Shown here piece after piece: positions 16,310 to 20,000 of a DNA stretch of 20,000 bases. The notes below the pieces were generated by a model. The model did not search any database and was not told the origin of the DNA. It worked only from the letters and a program-made list of their open reading frames with translations. The position numbers and the translations under genes are program-made. Positions within the stretch are counted from its first letter, which is position 1. Each line of letters begins with the position of its first letter. The DNA comes from an uncultured virus (IMG/VR IMGVR_UViG_3300037466_000868) (lineage: Duplodnaviria > Heunggongvirae > Uroviricota > Caudoviricetes): the IMG/VR virus record IMGVR_UViG_3300037466_000868; one strand, given 5' to 3'.

Positions 16310-17644
16310 TCAACGCTGCGCCAATATCCTGTCCAGTTCCGCGCCCAGAATATCCGCGACGGCGCGCTTTTCAGGCAGCATATCGTATTTGTCATAGACG
16401 GCGGTTACGTCGCCATTCAGATGGTCAAGCATTGCCTTGACATCTTCGCGCTTGGCGCCAGCTCGGCGGGCGAGGGTGGCAGCGGTACGGCGCAAGTCAT
16501 GCGCCGTGAAGTGCTCCATCCCTAAAAACTCGCGAATGCCAACGCGGTTTTGCTTCTTGCCGTCCACGACCTTGCCGTTCCGCTTTCCATTTAATGCTTG
16601 GGATATCGACGCCCGCGAAATCGACGTGCTTCCGGTCGAGTCGAATTTTGACGGAAACAGCACTTTAGAATCAGCACCCTCTAGGGCCTCAGATACAACC
16701 GCACAGGCCCGTTTTGACAGCGGCACCAAGACGGCACGGTCCTTTTTCACTCGGCCTGGCGGCATGTCGTATAGCGCCTCTGGCGTGTCTAGGCCGGTAA
16801 CCTCGCCAACTTCGGCACCAGCGGCCTGATAGGGGCGTACCATGGTGGTTAGAATGAACCGGATGGCGAGGCGCGTAGGCTTGTCCGCCGGCACGCCTTC
16901 CGCGTCGAGGCCGCGCCAGAGCCTTCGTATTTCGTCGTCGGTGAGGACACGATCGCGTTTGCGTTCTTTGCCGCCGCGGCGGTCTAGTTCCGCAACGGGG
17001 TTGGTGGCGACATACTTGCGGCCGGGCTGCTTTGCCCATTTGAACAGCGTGTGAAGGATGGACTGCGTGCGGTTTGCGCTCACGGGGGCAGACTCCGCAA
17101 TTACGTCCAGCAGTTCAGCAACGTCATCGTCTGCAACCGACGAGGCCGGCAGGCCGCCCCATTCTTCGCGCGGGCGCTTGAGATATTGAACGTCGTTTTT
17201 CCAAGATCGTTTGTTCGGATGTGGTATGTCTGGCCACTTGCCGGTCTCGTTAAATGCTGTAACGGCGGCCTCGCCTCCGGCGCCGATCACGTATTCCGCG
17301 ACGTATAGATCCGCGAGGCGGTTGAACGTTAGTTCCTCATCGTCAGCCACGCGCCGTCGTTCCTGCCGCTGTAGACGACGCGGGTCTTCATCAGCTGCTA
17401 TTGTTTCGCGGTGCTGCGCAACTTTCCTGCGCGCGCCAGATAGGTCGAGGCCAGGATATCGTCCAAGGTTCAGGGTTATCGCCTTGGACAGGATTGGCGA
17501 CCAATATTTAAACGCGAACGTTTTCACAGCGCCCTTGGTGACGCGGAGATACAAACCGGGGCAGGAGGTGTCCGGCAATTCTACGCGGGCCTTATCTGGT
17601 GGGCACCGCGCGGCCTTTACCGAACTATCCGTTAGCTTTGGCAT
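16310..17644 (-). CDS. int: tyrosine integrase, P4-like with N-terminal arm-binding domain
   Basis: N-terminal DTSCPGLYLRVT...LGRYPGLDLSGAR; catalytic R (MVRP), K (VKK), HDLRRT, LDH, Y (VYDKY). Confidence 0.95.
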   Translation of the reverse strand: MPKLTDSSVKAARCPPDKARVELPDTSCPGLYLRVTKGAVKTFAFKYWSPILSKAITLNLGRYPGLDLSGARRKVAQHRETIAADEDPRRLQRQERRRVADDEELTFNRLADLYVAEYVIGAGGEAAVTAFNETGKWPDIPHPNKRSWKNDVQYLKRPREEWGGLPASSVADDDVAELLDVIAESAPVSANRTQSILHTLFKWAKQPGRKYVATNPVAELDRRGGKERKRDRVLTDDEIRRLWRGLDAEGVPADKPTRLAIRFILTTMVRPYQAAGAEVGEVTGLDTPEALYDMPPGRVKKDRAVLVPLSKRACAVVSEALEGADSKVLFPSKFDSTGSTSISRASISQALNGKRNGKVVDGKKQNRVGIREFLGMEHFTAHDLRRTAATLARRAGAKREDVKAMLDHLNGDVTAVYDKYDMLPEKRAVADILGAELDRILAQR

Positions 17645-17679
17645 GGTTGCGCTCTAGTCTTGCAAATCTCATATATCGC

Positions 17680-17701
17680 CTTGCCCAAGGGCAGGGAAAC
17701 T
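17680..17701. promoter_or_regulatory. putative integrase arm-type sites (left arm)
   Basis: CTTGCCC-aa-GGGCAGGGAAACT, matching the GGGCAAG and GGGCAAGGAAACT repeats at 17901-17930. Confidence 0.55.
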
Positions 17702-17747
17702 GGTTGATAGCACTAGAGCACGCTAGACGGCAATAGATGTCAAACCG

Positions 17748-17765
17748 AATAAAAACAATGACTTG
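17748..17765 (+). promoter_or_regulatory. IHF-like site left of att core
   Basis: AAACAATGACTTG, one mismatch to WATCAANNNNTTR; near-direct repeat of 17859-17876. Confidence 0.55.
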
Positions 17766-17809
17766 CGTAGTTTAAGATTGTCCAGCAATGTCATCTACGG
17801 CACTATTTT

Positions 17810-17859
17810 CTAGTCTGGGGGACTAGGGGTCGTGGGTTCGAATCCCGCCGCTCCGACCA
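17810..17859 (+). mobile_element. attP core: 3' portion of tRNA-Pro(GGG)
   Basis: CTAGT-CTGGGGG-ACTAG anticodon arm, GTGGG-TTCGAAT-CCCGC T-arm, CGCTCCG-ACCA acceptor 3' strand; no 5' half or D-arm upstream; lies between int and xis. Confidence 0.92.
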
Positions 17860-17863
17860 ATAA

Positions 17864-17876
17864 AATCAAGGACTTA
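17864..17876 (+). promoter_or_regulatory. IHF binding site right of att core
   Basis: AATCAAGGACTTA is a perfect WATCAANNNNTTR match. Confidence 0.7.
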
Positions 17877-17900
17877 ACCGGAAGTCGATTTAAAAGAAAA

Positions 17901-17930
17901 TGCCCTGGGCAAGGCCAGGGCAAGGAAACT
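17901..17930. promoter_or_regulatory. putative integrase arm-type sites (right arm)
   Basis: TGCCC-t-GGGCAAG-gcca-GGGCAAGGAAACT. Confidence 0.55.
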
Positions 17931-17931
17931 A

Positions 17932-18150
17932 TCAAGAGGCTTGCCGGTCTAGCGATTCTTGCCAGGCCGAGACGTCGTCCTCGTACCAGGCAATTCGCCG
18001 CGGCGCGATCTCGCGGGCCTTGGGGAAGCGGCCGGCACCCATCTCGTTGTAGAGGGTGGCCCGGCTGAATGGCACCAGCGCGAGCACCTGTTTAACGCCG
18101 AGCATCTTGCGGATTGTTGGTGTGTTGTCGTTAGCTGCGGTTGTAGCCAT
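17932..18150 (-). CDS. AlpA-family excisionase / recombination directionality factor
   Basis: MLGVKQVLALVPFSRATLYNEMGAGRFPK..I..RRIAWYEDDVSAW; adjacent to attP. Confidence 0.88.
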   Translation of the reverse strand: MATTAANDNTPTIRKMLGVKQVLALVPFSRATLYNEMGAGRFPKAREIAPRRIAWYEDDVSAWQESLDRQAS

Positions 18151-18153
18151 CCC

Positions 18154-18426
18154 TTATCCCTCCGCCTTTGGGGGAGAGGGGAGGGGATCTGCTGCCTTCG
18201 CTTCGATCTCGCAGGCTGGACAGTATCGATATGTGATGCCGCCGGACTGAAAGGACCCATGGCGCATATCGCGACGGTCGAACATGAGCCCACAGCCAGG
18301 GCGGTCGCAAAGTTCGATCTGGTCAAGGTCGGACGCGATTGATTCCGCGTCTTTGAGCGCTGGCCGCAAGTGATCGTCAATGACGATGCCAAGCCAACCG
18401 CGTTCTGCGATTGTGGGTTTAGTCAC
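18154..18426 (-). CDS. Cys-containing hypothetical protein
   Basis: CDRPGC...YCPAC possible Zn site; GGAG SD upstream; part of a tightly packed minus-strand operon. Confidence 0.6.
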   Translation of the reverse strand: MTKPTIAERGWLGIVIDDHLRPALKDAESIASDLDQIELCDRPGCGLMFDRRDMRHGSFQSGGITYRYCPACEIEAKAADPLPSPPKAEG

Positions 18427-18940
18427 TGTTCTCTCCCGTTGTGGCTGCGGGAAGCATGGCGCGGGCGGCTCGAAGGTGGCCGACGTTGATCTGCATGGCG
18501 CACAGCGCTTCCCAGATATCCGTTGCGTCCTTGTCGCTGTCGTCTAAATCGTCACCGGCTTCCGCAAACGGCCTTAGCACCTCGACCGCCTCTGCCAACG
18601 CGCGCTCTGCCTGCTCGGCGCGGTGTCGCCATTCGAGGCGGCTTTTCATGGCGAGGTCGTAGCACTTGCCGAGCCGCTTGATTTCCGCGTCTTTTGCGGC
18701 CAGCGTATCAGCATCACGACACGCTGCCGAGATGCCGCTCGTCTCATCGTCCAGCGCCATCTTGAGCGTGGAAATCTCCTTGTCCTTCGCGGCGAGCGAG
18801 GCGGATTGCTGCTCGATAAGGTCGGCGGCTTCTAGCATCATGGGCCACACTGCTCCGATGTACTTTCCGTCATCGTCTTTGGCTGGGCCGCCACGATCGT
18901 TGACGTGGCTGCGCAACCGCTTCAAGATATCCTCTGTCAT
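18419..18940 (-). CDS. Ead/Ea22-like coiled-coil early protein
   Basis: MTEDILKRLR...EAADLIE...LAAKDKEI/LAAKDAEI...ALAEAVEVLRPFA...LRAARAML. Confidence 0.65.
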   Translation of the reverse strand: MTEDILKRLRSHVNDRGGPAKDDDGKYIGAVWPMMLEAADLIEQQSASLAAKDKEISTLKMALDDETSGISAACRDADTLAAKDAEIKRLGKCYDLAMKSRLEWRHRAEQAERALAEAVEVLRPFAEAGDDLDDSDKDATDIWEALCAMQINVGHLRAARAMLPAATTGENSD

Positions 18941-18941
18941 G

Positions 18942-19133
18942 CTATTCCCCTTCGCGCTGCAGGGCGGATCGGCCTTCAACGCTCGGCAACCACAAAAGCT
19001 TGCCGGTCACGCCGTCCATGATTTTTGTCGTGCCGGGGTTGCGGTCAGCCTCAGCCTGCCAATCTGAGTAGTTGGCCGGATATTCGGTCGGATAGAAGTG
19101 ATCGCCGCGAAAGAAGATGATGCACCGCTTCAT
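18942..19133 (-). CDS. hypothetical protein
   Basis: GGAG SD; FYP.E...NPGT.KI.D..TG.LLW pattern. Confidence 0.6.
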   Translation of the reverse strand: MKRCIIFFRGDHFYPTEYPANYSDWQAEADRNPGTTKIMDGVTGKLLWLPSVEGRSALQREGE

Positions 19134-19134
19134 T

Positions 19135-20000
19135 TCACTTCTCCCCGGCGGCACGAATGGCGGCGGCGCGCTTCACGCGATCAGCCCCGCAAATAAAAAC
19201 GGCTGCGTTGTGTAAGGAAACTCTCGCGGTCCCGATGATACTCTCGTCCCCACGAGATAGAACGAGCAGGTTCTCGCAAACCTTGTCGAGCATCTTCTCC
19301 CGCTCGTCTGCCCTGATCGCTGCTTCCGGCGAGCCGAAGTCCTTCAGCGCAAACTCGCGGTCGGCTTGCTTGTCATCGTCCCATGCCAGCAACAACCATT
19401 GCGGCTCTGGATGCCATTCAGTCGATCCGAAGCGAACGGATTTCGGTATGATGCGGCGGACAGACGTTTCGCCGCGATAGTTGGTGTAGCTGATGACCCA
19501 TAAAGCGGATTGTCGGATCGCCGCTTCGTCTGGCAGCGTATCGAGCAAACTAGGACCATGGCCGCACCCCGAATAATCATTTGGGGTTCCCTTCTTCGCG
19601 TCTGCGTCGGGCGCTCCCGCTCGCATTCCGAAGTTGTCGCTTTCGTATTCGCAGAGCAGACAGACGGCGCCATCCGCGTTAATCTGGCGATCTATGACGC
19701 GACCAAACACCCGGTTACCTGCATCGTCGTCACCAGTTGAAACATCAATCGAGACGGTGCTGGGCAGGAGGCCGAGGATGGCATCGATTGCCCGTGCTAC
19801 GTGGTTTTCGTTGATGATGCCGATATCGTAAAGCCGATCAACAACGTCCACGGCCAACTCATGCCTTGCCGCGCTCGGCGTCGGTGCCGGTGGGGTGGCG
19901 TTCAACGCGGCATCGATCATTTCGCCAAGCGATTGCATCGTGCCGACATCGACGACGGACGCTTCGATCATTTCGCCGCGAATAAAATCACGGCAGATTT
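19135..20000 (-). CDS. mosaic early protein containing a WYL-like domain (5' end probably outside window)
   Basis: ISYTNYRGETSVRRIIP...WLLLAWDDDKQADREFAL matches the WYL pattern; the frame is open to the window edge. Confidence 0.7.
   Translation of the reverse strand, partial: ICRDFIRGEMIEASVVDVGTMQSLGEMIDAALNATPPAPTPSAARHELAVDVVDRLYDIGIINENHVARAIDAILGLLPSTVSIDVSTGDDDAGNRVFGRVIDRQINADGAVCLLCEYESDNFGMRAGAPDADAKKGTPNDYSGCGHGPSLLDTLPDEAAIRQSALWVISYTNYRGETSVRRIIPKSVRFGSTEWHPEPQWLLLAWDDDKQADREFALKDFGSPEAAIRADEREKMLDKVCENLLVLSRGDESIIGTARVSLHNAAVFICGADRVKRAAAIRAAGEK

Noticed and set aside
17761..17770. Reverse-strand CTACGCAAGT as another GCAA hairpin
   Set aside because: The flanks do not pair, and the sequence is explained by the overlapping IHF-like site
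17780..17859. Complete tRNA-Pro gene
   Set aside because: The 5' acceptor strand and D-arm are absent upstream of 17810, so this is an att core

Overview
The window is a segment of a temperate tailed phage, most likely of an alphaproteobacterial (Hyphomicrobiales-like) host. It is in the excised (attP) configuration, because phage genes flank both sides of a tRNA-Pro(GGG) 3' fragment. Left to right it contains: (1) tail-tip module (GNAT-like ORF, TipJ/host-specificity protein, three paralogous small tail proteins, chaperone-like ORFs); (2) a mosaic beta-helix tailspike; (3) an oppositely oriented, AT-richer EpsG/Wzy-like polysaccharide polymerase moron; (4) a lysis cassette (2-TM holin, SAR-type GH24 endolysin, Rz/Rz1 spanins, small membrane ORFs); (5) a translationally coupled accessory operon (HTH-metallophosphoesterase, SprT-like protease, DUF551-like and many small ORFs); (6) a P4-type tyrosine integrase, attP with IHF, arm and phased sites, an AlpA-like excisionase, and early genes including a WYL-domain protein. 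The most unusual signals are a family of covarying C-GCAA-G-capped hairpins at gene ends that cover the next ribosome-binding site, genome-encoded tmRNA-tag mimics (AANDN...AA), and a cluster of GCGTAT half-sites in a structured intergenic region. All protein calls come from recognising motifs by eye, with no database search.
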